A DNA stretch of 64,000 nucleotides from the human T2T-CHM13v2.0 reference genome, Homo sapiens, in NCBI RefSeq assembly GCF_009914755.1, contig NC_060926.1. One strand, 5' to 3'. Of the stretch, positions 47,354 through 63,493 are shown one piece after another (the first letter of the stretch is position 1; each line of letters begins with the position of its first letter). The notes beneath the pieces are model-generated. The model did not search any database. It had not been told where the DNA came from and was given only the letters and a program-made list of their open reading frames with translations. A program made the position numbers and the translations under genes.

Positions 47354-48170
47354 TGAAGGAAACTAAAAAATTTCACCCCAAAATATACTGCTTTGACATA
47401 TTTTGAGATGGATGTTCAGAGGTCTTGCAGACAGAAGTAGCCCTGCAAAGCTGTCTTTCGTGAGGGAGATTTGTACCTATAGAGGAAATAAAGTGAAGTA
47501 AACAACAGATGTAAATAGTCTGTCTCTGAAGCTCCTTCTTGTCTGGATCTAGGAAAGATTAACTGAGAGTCTGACACCCATCTAGTCTTTCTGAGAGCTG
47601 CTACTGTGTGATTTCATCTACCTAACAAGACCACTTTTGCCAGCCAATCCTTTCTCCGTTCTCCCTCCCATAACCTGTCTTGCCACCACAACTTACTTGG
47701 CCATGCCTCAAGCCCTTATTCTTTCTGTAACTTCAAAATGTTATGAAACAGCCTGGGCAACATAGTAAGACCCCGTCTCTACAAAAAATTTAAAAATTGG
47801 CTGGGTGTGGTGGTGGTTGCCTATAGTCCCGTGTACTCAGGAGGCAGAGGTGGGAGGATCACTTGAACCTGAGAGGTGGAGGCCGCAGTAAGCCATGATC
47901 TGCACTCCAGCCTGGGCCACAGAGTGAGAGACCCTGAAAGAAAAGAAAGAAAAGAAAGAAAAGGAGGGAGGGAAGGAAGGAAGGGACGGAGGGAGGGAAG
48001 GGTATCAACCATCTGGCCATTGCATAGAGTTTTTCATATTTGTATGACTCCCATCCCTGTATGGATGTTAATAAAATTTGTATGCCTTTTTTCCTGTTAA
48101 TCTGGCTATTAATTTGTTTTATAGACTCAAATTATCCAATCTTCAGGGGAAAAATTTAAACGTCCCTATG
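47354..48170 (+). mobile_element. LTR29/LTR49-like solo LTR interrupted by a 5'-truncated AluJ with a (GAAA/GGAA)n tail (47749-48002)
   Basis: Starts TGAAGGAAACTAAAAAATTTCACCCCAAAATATAC, has AATAAA, and a TSD CTCT at 47350-47353 and 48171-48174. Confidence 0.8.
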
Positions 48171-48741
48171 CTCTCAACTAAAAACGTCTTGAGGCAGGAG
48201 ACAATCTAGGTAGAAGGGCAATAGCAGGGCAAGGTGGAGAGGGAATAGCTACAGAATCAAGTGCAATTCCACCTTATTTTTTAATCTACATCAAATAATT
48301 TTACTGTGTGGTGTGGAGGTAATCTCAGAAATCTCAGAAAAACAAAACAATAATATTTCCCTAAATGAGCCAGCATTGGAATGCTTCTCATGAAGCAGAA
48401 CATTTCACCAAGTGACAAGTGTTAATATTACTAGCTAAGTCTCATCCTTTCTCCTTGCCACAGCCTAGTGTCCTGAGTGGGGAGGAAAAGTCAGAGGAGT
48501 AAGTGAGGAGAGGAAGTTGAGCAGGGAGAGAGAAAGAAAAGGACAAATACTACAAGAACCCTCTCTAAGATTCTAAAGTAAGTGGGCAAACAATAATTAT
48601 TATGCTGGTATGTTAAATACCTAAAAATAAAATAGGTCTGTTACAGTCTCAAATGATTGGAAAACTATGAAATTCGCCAGAGATATTTCCATTTGGTTGC
48701 AAAAAGAAATACAAAAGAACAGGTTTGAGGACCAAAAGTAG

Positions 48742-49110
<369 letters not shown>

Positions 49111-51011
49111 CTGCTTTACTATTTTAATGCAGCCTATTAAATACATCCATCACAGTTTATTTCATGCAATATTATGTATAAAAGAACAATATACTTACTG
49201 GTTCTGACTAAAAGTTATTCTATAACACTGCTCTCATTCAACTGCATTTTAATATGTTTCCTGATTGTGAGAAATGAAGGGAGATTTTGGTTCATCATCT
49301 GAGAATTGTCTATATTTGTGTGTATACATCTATTCATTTAAAAATAATTAGGTAAGAGTCTATAAGTGAGTCACCTAGGTAGATTGTATTACACATGGGA
49401 AAATTATCTATTGTGTATGTTGTACTAGAACATAGGCTGAAAACCCCCAACTGATACCTATGCAGCCAATAAGATATCTGGGATTACTTCAGAATAATTC
49501 AAAGTAGGGAAGGTGGGTCATATATAAGTAAAACAAGATCGGTACTGAGTTAAAGATAATTTCAGAAGCTGGAAGACAGTTGCATAGTGTTTACTATATT
49601 ACTCTGTTTTCTTGTATACACATATTTGAAATTTCCCTTAATAAGATGGTGATAAAGAAACAAAAAGGCCAAGTACCCTGAGTAAACTTCTCATGGTAAA
49701 ATGCATTGGTGGGTTTCCAGGAATTAAGGAAAATATTCAAAAATATTATATAAAAACTGCATAGACTGTCAATAGAGGTACTTACTAATGGACCTAGTAG
49801 CAAAGTGGAGGAGGATTAAACTGATACTCTTTCATTTTAACTGAGTTCTTCTAAGGGAGTGGTCCAAACCCAGGGGAAAATAAAAACAAAATAACAAAAT
49901 ATAATAAAAAGTAAAATAAATATCTGATATCTAGCAGAAGCCAATGTACACTCTCTCTACAGACAATATCCCCAAGTTGAGTCATCTACCTCATATCTAG
50001 CCTTATAGACATGAAGATCAAGGGAAAATTAGCTCATAGTCAAAGATCATCAACAGTACTTAAATTAAGTTTATCGTATAAATACACCCTGCCTGGCACT
50101 GCTCTCTTCAAAGTAAGCATAGGATAGTTTATCATTCTGTCTAGCCCACCCCACTGTTTGTGACTTTCCTTCAGAAAACCCTACTTTATGGTTATACTGC
50201 ATGATTCTACTTTTGTGCCCATACCCTACATTAGCAATGATATACTAGGCTTATTGCTAATTCCTTACTTAAAAGGAAACATTTCCAAATTTTCCTTATT
50301 ATGAATATATTTTATAGATATCCTTAAGCAGTTAACCAAGTTTTCTTCTATTCCTAGTTGACTCAGAATCTTTTTTAAAAAATCATAAATAGTGTCAAAT
50401 TTTATAAAATAATCTTCCTGCATCAATTGAAATAATTATATGACTTTATTATCTAATTTGTTAAATGTGGAAAGTTACATTAAACCACCTTTACATTCTT
50501 TGGACACAACTAGTTTGGTGATAATATACAACGATAAAAAAATAAAATATTAGAATACAGAGTAAAACAATACAATTTTGAGCATAAACTTTTCAGTGAT
50601 TTTAAGAAGTGCTTTTATTTCACATATTAAATTTAGCATGTACTAACTTAGCAAGTATTGCCTACATTTTCTTTTAAATGTCCAAAGAATTATGAAAAAT
50701 CACACAGCCTAAAAAACCAGCACTTCAGAATTTCAGATATCTCAGTGAATGAATTTTAAAATATCATAAACTTTTTAAAACACACACATTGGGTGAATAC
50801 AAACCATACAAAATAAATGTACAGTGTCTAAAATATTTTTCAATAACAATTAAAATAAATAGATAAATATGAAGAATTTGGAAAATATACTAAGGCAAAA
50901 TTTTAAAGACGGTCGAACATACATTTAAGGACTGACACCACATGATTGTACTGGATGATCTTTAGTAAAATCATTCAATCACTTTTCCCCTCTGCTCTCC
51001 CCCAAAAACCA

Positions 51012-51042
<31 letters not shown>

Positions 51043-51059
51043 CTCTCTCTCTCTCTCTC
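51012..51059. repeat. (AC)n-(TC)n compound microsatellite
   Basis: About 14 AC units, one G, then 9 TC units. Confidence 0.95.
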
Positions 51060-51330
51060 AGATGCTTGTATCTTAAATGCAGATGACTCTTTAGTTTCTA
51101 ATGCCATCATGATAGGTGAAGGAGTCTCACAGGTTGTGTGATGCTACCCAGTAAGGAGGGTAAATTCTGCATCGGTGCATTCAGAACACTGTCACACAGA
51201 CTGCATTACTCAGTGACTACCTGGAGACGACAGTTACCTCAACATGAAAGTACACATGACTTACAGTTTTTTGGAGTGGACTTTGCTGATGAGATATGGG
51301 TGACAGGGAGGAGTGGGGGTTACACTTCTC

Positions 51331-51508
51331 ACTTACTGTCTGTTTGAACTTAGACAAGTTACATAATTACTATAAGCCTCATTTGTAATAACATCTATCA
51401 TTAAGGTAGTTATGACAACTAAATGTACTGATTTCTGTAAAGTGCTTGGAGGATTAACTGACCTACAGTACAGAATAATTTATGGCTATCATTATCATGG
51501 GCCAAGTG
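51331..51508 (+). repeat. Left arm of a 178-bp inverted duplication (MIR-derived)
   Basis: 162/178 identical, without gaps, to the reverse complement of 52762-52939 (manual alignment). Confidence 0.92.
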
Positions 51509-51988
51509 GGAGACTACATTCTCCCTTCCTTTTTCTTAGATGCCATATTGCTTAAAGTTTCCAAAGATGCCTTCCAAAACCAAGAATTAGTCTTGCTGAG
51601 TACTAAGCTAAAACTGTTCAAGAACATATGCCCTTATATTTATTATCTCTCCTTCCCTGCCTCATTTTATGCTTTCATTGAGCCCTGCCACCCAGGGATT
51701 GCACTATCCAATAACATAATACCAACAGTACTTTTAGACTCATGCATTGTTTTCTAGATCACAGAGCTAAGACTATGACAAAGTAAGAATGTAGCCATAT
51801 TGGAAATAATACTCTTGGAAGAGGGTATTATTATCCCAGAATTTTCCTGGGATAATTACAAATTAGGAAATATATTGAAAATGTTTGATATATTCATAAA
51901 TCATGGAGAAGGAAAAAGTCCATAACAACCTCTCAGTAGATAACAAACACAAATTCAGTAGAAGTCAACATACATTTTTGAATAATGA

Positions 51989-52329
<341 letters not shown>

Positions 52330-52761
52330 TCAAAATCCTATCAAATAAGAGTTTTATTTCTACAAGATAAGAGAAAATATATTTTTTCTTCCAAATCATC
52401 TGCCAACCTGATTTCAAACCCAGTCCACATTAAATTATTCTCATTAAAATTAGAATTACCACTGGAATGCCAGTCATGTATGACTATGTAGCATTATTAT
52501 GTATGTTCTATCTAACAAAGTGATAAAGAAAACCAAATGAGTTATGCTGGAAAGACCATATAATTACTCTCTTTATTATATTTACCAAATAGCACTTAAT
52601 TTATATAGTTGTTTTACATAGCAATTCTGTGCTCAGGAATTTATCATTTAGATATGCATGTACTTGTTGCTAAAGATGCATGGGTCAATTGATTTTACAC
52701 TCCAGAAAGGCAGGGATTATGAGTGCTTTGTTTATGATTGCATACACAACACCTAGCCCAG

Positions 52762-52980
52762 CACTTGGCCCATGATAATGAGAGCCATAAATGATTCTGT
52801 ACTATAGGTCAGTTTGTCCTCCAAGCACTTTACAGAAATCAATACATTTGATTCTCACAACCACCTTAATGATAGATGTTATTACAAATGAGGCTTGTAG
52901 TGATTATGTGACTTGTCTAAGGTCAAACAAACAGTAAGTAATGAGACAAGAATTTGAACCTCAACATTCTGATTCCAGAA
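52762..52980 (-). repeat. MIR containing the right arm (52762-52939) of the inverted duplication
   Basis: MIR core 'tgacttgtctaaggtca..acagtaagta..gaatttgaacc' extends past the arm. An L2-like 3' end precedes it. Confidence 0.85.
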
Positions 52981-53315
52981 CTACTTTTGATCATTCTGAT
53001 ACTTAAGGCTTTTCATATGTAGAAATCACATAGCTGTTGTACAAAAAATTACTTTTTGACTATTATATGTGGAATGAATAAAAAGATGAAAAAGATGTAT
53101 AAATAAATTATTGAATGACAATGCCAATTGTTACCAATTTATAAAAATAAAAAGAAAATAATAAATATAGCAAGAGCAAAAAAATAACACAGACTGATAA
53201 AATAAAAATTGGTTAATTCATCTAAAGGAATCTACAAAATCATTAAGAACAGTGATAAATCTCAATGTACACAAGTATGGGAAGACATGGTGCTATGTGA
53301 AAGGCAAATATCAAG

Positions 53316-53815
53316 TGTGATACACAGAATAATGACCCCTCAAAAACATCCGTGTTCTAATTCCCAGAACATGTGAACATATTACATGGCAATGGGAAAA
53401 TTAAGGTCACAGATAGAATTAAGGTTGCTAATCTGCTGACCTTGAGATGAAAAGATCCTGGATTAGTCAAGTGAACTCAATGTAATTACAAGTGTTCTTG
53501 TGAATGAAAGAGTGAGGCAGGAGGATCACTTTCAGAGTCAAAGAGAGATTTGAACATGCTACACTGCTAACTTTGAACATGGAAGGGAGTCACAAGCTAG
53601 TGAATGTGGGCAGCTTATATATGCTAGAAAAGGCAAGTCAACAAATTTTCCCCTAAAGCTTCCAGAAATAATGCAGCTCTGCCAATACCTTGATTTTAGC
53701 CTTGGGAGATTCATTTCAGATTTGGGGCCTCTAGAATTGTAAGAAAATAATTTGCAATGTTTCAAGCCACCAAATTTGTGGTAATTTGTTGCAGCAGCAA
53801 CAGGACAAACATATA
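53316..53815 (+). mobile_element. MLT1D-like MaLR solo LTR
   Basis: 'cagaataatgacccc..aattaaggttgctaatctgctgaccttgagat..aagccaccaaatttgtggtaatttgtt'. Near-TSD TCAAG/CCAAG. Confidence 0.85.
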
Positions 53816-54147
53816 CCAAGTTGGAGAAGTATATTTCATTTTTATATATAAAAGCATATATAATTAGGGTAATATTATTACACGCAGTTTAAAAACCTTA
53901 TCTTCTTTAGATTTGTATTTTCTCACTTTGCAGAACATTTGTAATTATTACATATATATTGCTATATAATACGCTGTCAGGAAATAATAATAATATGTAA
54001 AATAGATAGAGCAATATTTAAATAGGGAAAAATACACACACATGAATATGAGTTTAAAGATATATAATAATGAACCATGTTATTTGTTGTATTTTCACAT
54101 AAATTGCCCTTTCCAGTTGCAAATAACTATTTTCTTAAGTTTTCAAA

Positions 54148-54728
<581 letters not shown>

Positions 54729-54797
54729 AATTTCCAAAATTTCTACAATCTGCCTGTGATACATGTAAAATTCTCAGAAAAAGCAATAAACATTATT

Positions 54798-55111
<314 letters not shown>

Positions 55112-55585
55112 ATTATTTTTATTTTAAATATAACTTGGATTTTACACACTGCTCGTGGAAGGTGACACAAGAGACATTAATAAACCAGTTATCTTTTAAA
55201 ATCAAAGGTTGGTGCCTGAAAATTGATGTTCCCAAATTCACCAAAGCAGAAAGGTGAACAAAATATTTCAGTTCATTATCATAAACGTCCAACATATTTT
55301 TATCTACATGTAAAAAAAAACCATGCACATCTTATAAGAAAACATGGCAAAAATAACTTCACAGCTTGAGTCAAAGAAAAAGTTGGCATTGATGAAAATG
55401 TGTGCATATATTCTAAATAAAATTTGAAAGGCAGGCACATAAATGTGGGTAACACCTTCATCATTTTTATGCTAACAGGGATGAAAGGAAAAGAATTAAT
55501 TACAACCAATCATTGAAGGCTCCAGGCAGTAGTGAAGTTTTTTTATATTTTTCTAGACTCATCTTCCATTTTTTCACTAAGCACT

Positions 55586-56190
55586 TATATTAGTTTCCTA
55601 TTGCTGTATAACAAATTGCCACAAACTTAGTGGCTTAAAACAATATACATTTATTATCTCAAAGTTTCCAAGGGTCAGAAGTCTGGATACAAGCCTGTTG
55701 GTTTCTCTGATTAGCTTTTCACAGGCTGAAATCAAGGGGACAGCCAAGGCCATGATGTCATAGAAGGTTGGAAGTCGTCTTCCAAGCTCACTGGTTATTG
55801 TCAGAATTCATTCCCTTGTAAATGTAGGAATGAAGTTGTCATTTACTTGCTGACTGCCTGTCTAGGACTGCTCTTGGCTCACAGAGTTCCCTCTCAGCTC
55901 TTCACAGCAGTTCATAGCTTGGTTGTCTGCTTCTTCAAAGCTAGCAAGTGAACAATTTCTGCTGCTTAGAATCTCTCTGACTTGTTTCAAGTATTGACCT
56001 GATTAGGTTGGGTATACCTCAGATAATCTTCCTTTTGATTAACCTAAAGTCAATTATTCAGGATTTAATTACATCTGCAAAATCCTTTTGCAGCAACATC
56101 TGGATCAGTGTTTGATTAAAAACTGGGCACATATGTGTACACCAGGGCTAGGGAATCCTGGGAAACACTGAGAATTTTACATACTTCATA
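55586..56190 (-). mobile_element. MLT1E-like MaLR LTR
   Basis: 'tattagtttcctattgctg..acaaacttagtggcttaaaacaa..aggctgaaatcaagg..ttaattacatctgcaaaatcc'. Confidence 0.78.
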
Positions 56191-58168
56191 CTCTAACTAT
56201 TAAACTGTTGACTCTTTCACTAAAGGTCCTGGACTTTTTCACCTCTGTTCTGCATTTCTCATGTCATCCTCCATGTTGGAAAGCCCCTATCATGTTTCAG
56301 TAGGAGAATTTTTAAAATTTTATTTTTTAACACCCTTATTGAGATATAATTCACATACCAAATAATTCAGTCATGTAACATGTACAATTCAGTGATTTTC
56401 ACTGTATTCAAAGAGTTGTGTAACTTTCCCCACAATTCATTAAAAAACATTTTTACTACCTCAAAAAAATAAAAAAATTAGAAACCCAGATTGACAGCAG
56501 CGAGATGGCTGACTAGAATTGCCTGGTGTTCATCTTCCCCACAAAAAAGGACCAAAAGAACAAATAAACAACTGTAATACAATAAGAGCCTGTGAAGAAG
56601 CGTGGGGGAGTACAGCAAGGGAGTGGTGAAGTCCCTGTGGATCATAGAAAGCGAGGATAGCAGCATAGAGAGAAGAGCAAGGCACCCTACCTCTGCTGCC
56701 CCATCTCTTCTGCCAGGATCAGATGAGCTCAGAGTCAGGAGGGAGTTCCCTTTGTGAGGAAAAGGTAAGTAGGAGGCCCCCAACACCCCACATTACTACC
56801 ACAGACACCTGCAGTTTTTGCTGTAGAAGAATCCACCAGTCCTCACAGGCCCTGAGCCCAGTTTGGGGAGCTGCTTAGAATTCAGGTGGCTACCTTGTTC
56901 CAGAGGAGGAGATTACATTGTGCACTGCCTCCTGCCCCATGACCCAAGCTGTTACAGCATATTGCCATTCTGAAACCAGAGTCACTGCTGGGGTGTGTCC
57001 TGCTCTGGGGGCCAGTAGCCTCTGCATCTGTCCTGTCCTAAGGCTCTGCCATCATTCTACTATGCTCACATAGGTGGCTGCAATGCAATGATCTTACCTG
57101 CTCAGAGTGAAGCCACAAATAGGTGTAACTCCAATGCCCAGGCCCATGTGATGTCCTGACCCTCAAGGAACAGGTGGTTCTGCATAGTGTGAAAACTAAC
57201 CTTGTGTGGGCCAGGCAAACTGCCATGCACTAGAGCCCCCAGCAGGAGAAAAAGTTTCAGTGACCTCCCCCTGGAAGCCCTACCCTCAATCTGGCTGAAC
57301 TGCTGTGGGCCTGCACCCTCTCCAGAGAAACAGCCTGGCTGCCACACTCCAAAACTAACCAAACCAGCATGTTCCTGCATCCTTGGCTGAAGAAACAAAC
57401 CAGCAAAACTTTCTCTGGGAACCCTGCCCTAGAGTTAGCAGAACTGTTTGTTGTGCACCTGCACCCTCAGCCTGAAAAAGAGACTAAGGACCCTATTTCC
57501 AGTGATTTTGGCTTCTCACTGGCCAACCTATGATACACCGTGTCCCCAGCCTGAGAACAAATTCAGTGAAGCCACCTCTGACAAAACTGTGCCACCATTG
57601 CCACCATAATCTCCTTTAGCCTAGGCAGCGAAGGCATTGGTAGACATCTCTGACATGGATTATAGGAGAATAAACTGCATGGAAACTATACTACTACAGT
57701 TATCCAGAATCAAAACTAATGCACACCATCCAACTGACTCCCTAGGACCCATCTACAGGAATAATTCTCTGCCTACAAAAGCTGCTCCACAAAATTGAAA
57801 AAGGTAGGCTGTTTCACCAGATGTTCAGATATCAATATACGGACACAAGGAACATGAAAAAGCAAGGAAACATGACACCTTTAAAGGAATACAATATTTC
57901 TCCAGTAACAGATCCCAAAGGAAAAAAATATATATAATGTCTGAAAAAGAACTAAAAATAATAATCTTAAGAAAACTCAGTGAAAAATAAGGATTATAAA
58001 TAATTCAATAAAATCAGCAAAACAATTTACTATCTGAATAGAGAAATTCAACACAGAGATAAATATAAGAAAAATAATCTTGGAGCTGAAGAACTCAATA
58101 AATGAAACAAAAAGCACAATTGAGACCTTCAACAACAGACTAGATCAAGAAGAAAAAAGAATTTCTGA

Positions 58169-58501
<333 letters not shown>

Positions 58502-58562
58502 TCAAAGATCTTTTGAAATAACAAATTTAATAAAGTTACAGGATACACAACATAAAAATCAG

Positions 58563-58650
58563 TAGCATTTCTATATACTAATATATGCTATATGTATTAG
58601 CATTTCTATATGCTAATATATGCTATATGTATTAGCATTTCTATATGCTA
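58563..58650. repeat. 35-bp minisatellite, about 2.5 copies
   Basis: Unit TAGCATTTCTATAT(A/G)CTAATATATGCTATATGTAT starting at 58563, 58598 and 58633. Confidence 0.9.
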
Positions 58651-58865
58651 GTAATGAACTATCTGAAAGAGAAATCAAGAAAACTTTCCCATTAAGAGAA
58701 GCTATTAAAAAATAAGCTACCTAGAAATAAATTGAACCAAGGTGGTGAAGCTCTCTTCACTGAGAATGATAAAATATTGTTTAAAAAAATTGAAGAGTAT
58801 GAAAATAAATGGAAAGATATCCCCTGTTCAGGGATTGTAATTAATATTGTTAAAATGTCCATGCT

Positions 58866-59163
58866 GGCTGGGCGCAGTGGCTTATGCCTGTAATCCCAGC
58901 ACTTTGGGAGGCTGAGGTGGGCAGATCACGAGGTCAGGAGTTTGAGACCAGCCTGGCCAATATGATGAAACCCCTTCTCTACTAAAAATGTAAAAATTAG
59001 CTGGGTGTGGTTGCACGTGCCTGTAGTCCCAGCCACTCAGGAGGCTGAGGCAGGAGAATCATTTCAACCGGGAGGCAGAGGTTGCAGTGAGCCGAGATCG
59101 TACCACTGCACTACAGCCTGGGTGACACAGCTAGACTCCATCTCAAAAAACAAACAAACAAAC
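58866..59163 (+). mobile_element. AluS (Sg-like) in L1MA ORF2
   Basis: Full dimer. TSD AAAATGTCCATGC at 58852-58864 and 59164-59176. Confidence 0.94.
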
Positions 59164-61082
59164 AAAATGTCCATGCAAAGTATACATTCAATGGAATCTC
59201 TAACAAAATACCAATGATGTTCTCCATAGAAATAAAAAAAAAAATCCTCAAATTCATGTAGAATGACAAAAGACCCTGAATAGCCAAAGAAATCTTGAGC
59301 AGAAAATAAACAAACCAAACCAAACAAAAAAACAAAACAAAAAACCCAACAACAAACAAAACAACAACAACAACAACAAAGCTGGAGGCATCACACTGGC
59401 TGATTTCAAAATATGCTTCAAAGCTAGAGTAACCAAAACAGTATAGTATTACTACAAGAACACAGATACACATACCAGTGGAACAGATAGAGCCTAGAAA
59501 TAAATCCACAAATCTCCAGCTAACTGACTTTCAATAAAGGTGCCAAGAAAATCGGATTATGGAAAAAGAATAATCATTTTAATAAATGGTACTAGAAAAA
59601 TTGGATAACCATATGCAGAAAAATAAAACCAGACCCTTATATTTTACCATATTTAAAAATCAACTGTAAATGGATTGAAGATTTAAATGCAAGACCTGAA
59701 ACTATTAAACTACTAGAAAAAAACATATAGGGGAAATGATTCATGACGTTGGACTACGCAAATATTTTTTGGATAAGAGCTCAAAAGCATAATGAACAAA
59801 AGCAAAAATAGATAAATGGGATTACACTAAACTTAAAAAACCTTCTGCACAGAAAAGGAAACAATAAACAGAATGAAGAGACAACCTAAAGAATGAGAGA
59901 AAATATTTCCAACCTTTATATCTGGCAAAGGTTACTATCCAGAATATATAAGAAATTCGAACAATTCGAAAGCAAATAATAATAGTAATAATAGTATCCT
60001 GATTTAAAAACTGTACAGAACACCTTAGCAGACATTTTTCCAAAGAAGATATACAAAAGACCGACAGGTATACGAAAAAATGCTATCACTAATTATCAGG
60101 AAAATGCAAATCAAAATCACAATGAGATTATCACCTCACCCCAAGTTAGAATGCCTATTATCAAAAAGACAAAAGATAACAAGTCTTGGTGAGGATATGA
60201 AGAAAAGGGAACCCTTACACATTATTCATTGAAATGTTAAGTTAATACAGCAATTATGGCAAATACTATAGAGATTCCTCAAATTATTACAAATATGACT
60301 GCCATGTGACCCACCAATCCCACTACTGGGAATATATATGAAGGAAAGGAAATTAAAGCGATATCTGCACTTCCATGTTGGCAGCACTATTCACAATTGC
60401 CAAGATAAGGAATCAACCTTAGTGTTCAACAACAGATGAATAGATTAAGAAAACTGTGGTATATATGCTCAATGGAATACTATTTGTTCATTTAAAAAAA
60501 CAGAACAAAATCTTATTTTACATGAATGAATCTGGAAGACATTATGGTAAGTAAAATAAGTTAGAACCAGAAAAACAAATACCACATTCTCACTCATATG
60601 CAGCATCTAAAAAAGTTGATCTCATAGAAGTAGAGAACACTGGTTAGCAGAGACTGGTAGGTAGGAGGGAGGAGGAAATAGTGGAGAGGATGGTCAATGG
60701 GTACAAAGTTATAATTAGAAAGAAAGAATAAGTTCTGATGTCCTATATTGCACAGTAGGGTTACTCTAGTCGGCAATAAGTTATTATATATCTCAAAATA
60801 GCTAAAAGAGAGGATTTTGCGTGTTCCTACCCTAAAGAAATAATAAATATTTGAGAAGTTGAATATGCTAATTACCCTGATTACTGCAAAAAGTACACAT
60901 GTATCAAAACATCACATTGTATCCCATAAATATGTACAATAATTATGTCAATTAAAAATAAAAAAGAAACCCATATCCATTAGCAGTTAATCTCAATTTC
61001 CCCCAGCTATCCTCCCCCATCCTAGCCCTAAACTACTATTTTTTTCCTCTATAGATTTGCCTATTCTGGATATTTAATATAA

Positions 61083-61364
<282 letters not shown>

Positions 61365-63119
61365 ATGCCATGTTTTATGACCAATTTCTTTCACTTAGAA
61401 TGCCTTCAAGTTTCATCCATGTTCTAGCATATATTGGTATTTCATTCCTTTTTATTGCTGAGTAAAATTTTATTGTATGTACAGGCAACATTGTATTTAC
61501 TCATTCATCAGCTGATGGACATTTGAGCTGTTTCTACTTTTTGCCTGCTATGAACATGCTGTTACGAACATTTTTGTACGTCTTTTTGTGGACGTATGTT
61601 TTTGTCTCTGTTACCTGGGGGTGGAATTGCTAGGTTATGGTGAATCTATGTTTTGAAGAACTTCAAGATTGCTTTCCAAAAGAGAATTCATTTGCATTTA
61701 ATTTTGCATTCCTGTCAGTACTGCATAGGAGTCCAATTATTCACATCATTGTCAAAACTTGCTATTATATATCTATTTTACTATAGCCATCCTCGTGGGT
61801 ATGAAGTTTGTAGTTTTGATTTCCACTTCTTTAATGGCTGATGTTGTTGAGCATCATCTGAAGTACTTAGTGACCATTTGTATATTTTCTTGGACCTCTT
61901 GATCTTTGAGGTTCATCTAAAAGATCCCCTCCTACCTGAAGCTTTCTCTAATTCTGCTAGCCAGTTGTGATTTGTTCTCCTCTGATTCATAACTGCACTC
62001 TTGTGTTGAACTTAATTATTGATCACTCTGTGTAAGATACCATACCAAGAGTAATTGAAAATACATTTGTGAAGCAGATATTGATTGACATTTGGTCCTC
62101 AAGAAGTGTACAACCATGTCAAAGAGATAAAACGTATGTGTTCAGGTCACATTGCATGCTTGCTTTCTTCCTTCTAGTTTGTAAAATTAATAGCATGAGA
62201 TTGCTATCTTATGGCTCAGTGTTATAAATAAAGCCAATAAATATTAATTGAATTGAACTGTAATCCCAGCCTAAATTATGTCTAATTTGGGGATAAACTT
62301 AAGAAAAAAACTAAAGTAACAAAACACTTAACTTAAAATTATTGTCATTTTCCCTCTTGAAATCTTCCAACTTTCAGGTGAAAGTTTCTTAAAACACAGC
62401 CAAATTAGCTCAAACCACCTGACCACTTAAGTCTTTCTCTCTAATGTATAAAATCGTATTATAAAATTTTGAAAGAGGGTTATCTCAAATGGCCTCATTT
62501 ATTTCCTATAAAAAATGCAAATCTCTAAACATTTAATTCCATTTGAATATTATATTCATCTTTCAAAATCAAGCTGAAATGCCTCTTCTTTCATAGTCTT
62601 TTTCTGTTTTTGTAAGGCAGTTACTTGATGTCTCTTTCTCTATTCTTCCTATTTTATGTTTTAGGTCCTTAATAGCAATAGTCATGTTGAATTGTGGTTA
62701 GCTATTTATGCCCAGCTCTCTCCATAAACTGTTTATGCTATATACCGTAGTGAGTTTCTCTATAAATTCAATTTCCTAGCTCCTATTATTGTTGCTGTAA
62801 AATCCATTTGATTAGATGTTATCAATTTTAGATAATTCAGTGAGCATTATTGAATCTATTACCAATAGAATCTATTACCAATAGAAAGCAAGAGGTTTTT
62901 GCTATTTGTAAAATTTTTCTATAGACTGGAAAGGCAGCAGTGGCAAGTATATTTAAAGTCTATTGTTTATTTTATGCTTTCCTCATAGAAAAGAATATTA
63001 TATGAATTATTTGATATACAGTATCCTAGTTCCTTTATTTGGGCTAAAATAATATATTTCTTCACCATTAAAAATCCACCTTCACCTGAGGATTTAACAA
63101 ATGATTAATTTTGTTTCTC

Positions 63120-63493
<374 letters not shown>

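Noticed and set aside
62852-62886. Short local tandem duplications (16-bp unit here; also 9626-9654 and 39349-39383)
   Set aside because: Ordinary slippage duplications with no further structure.
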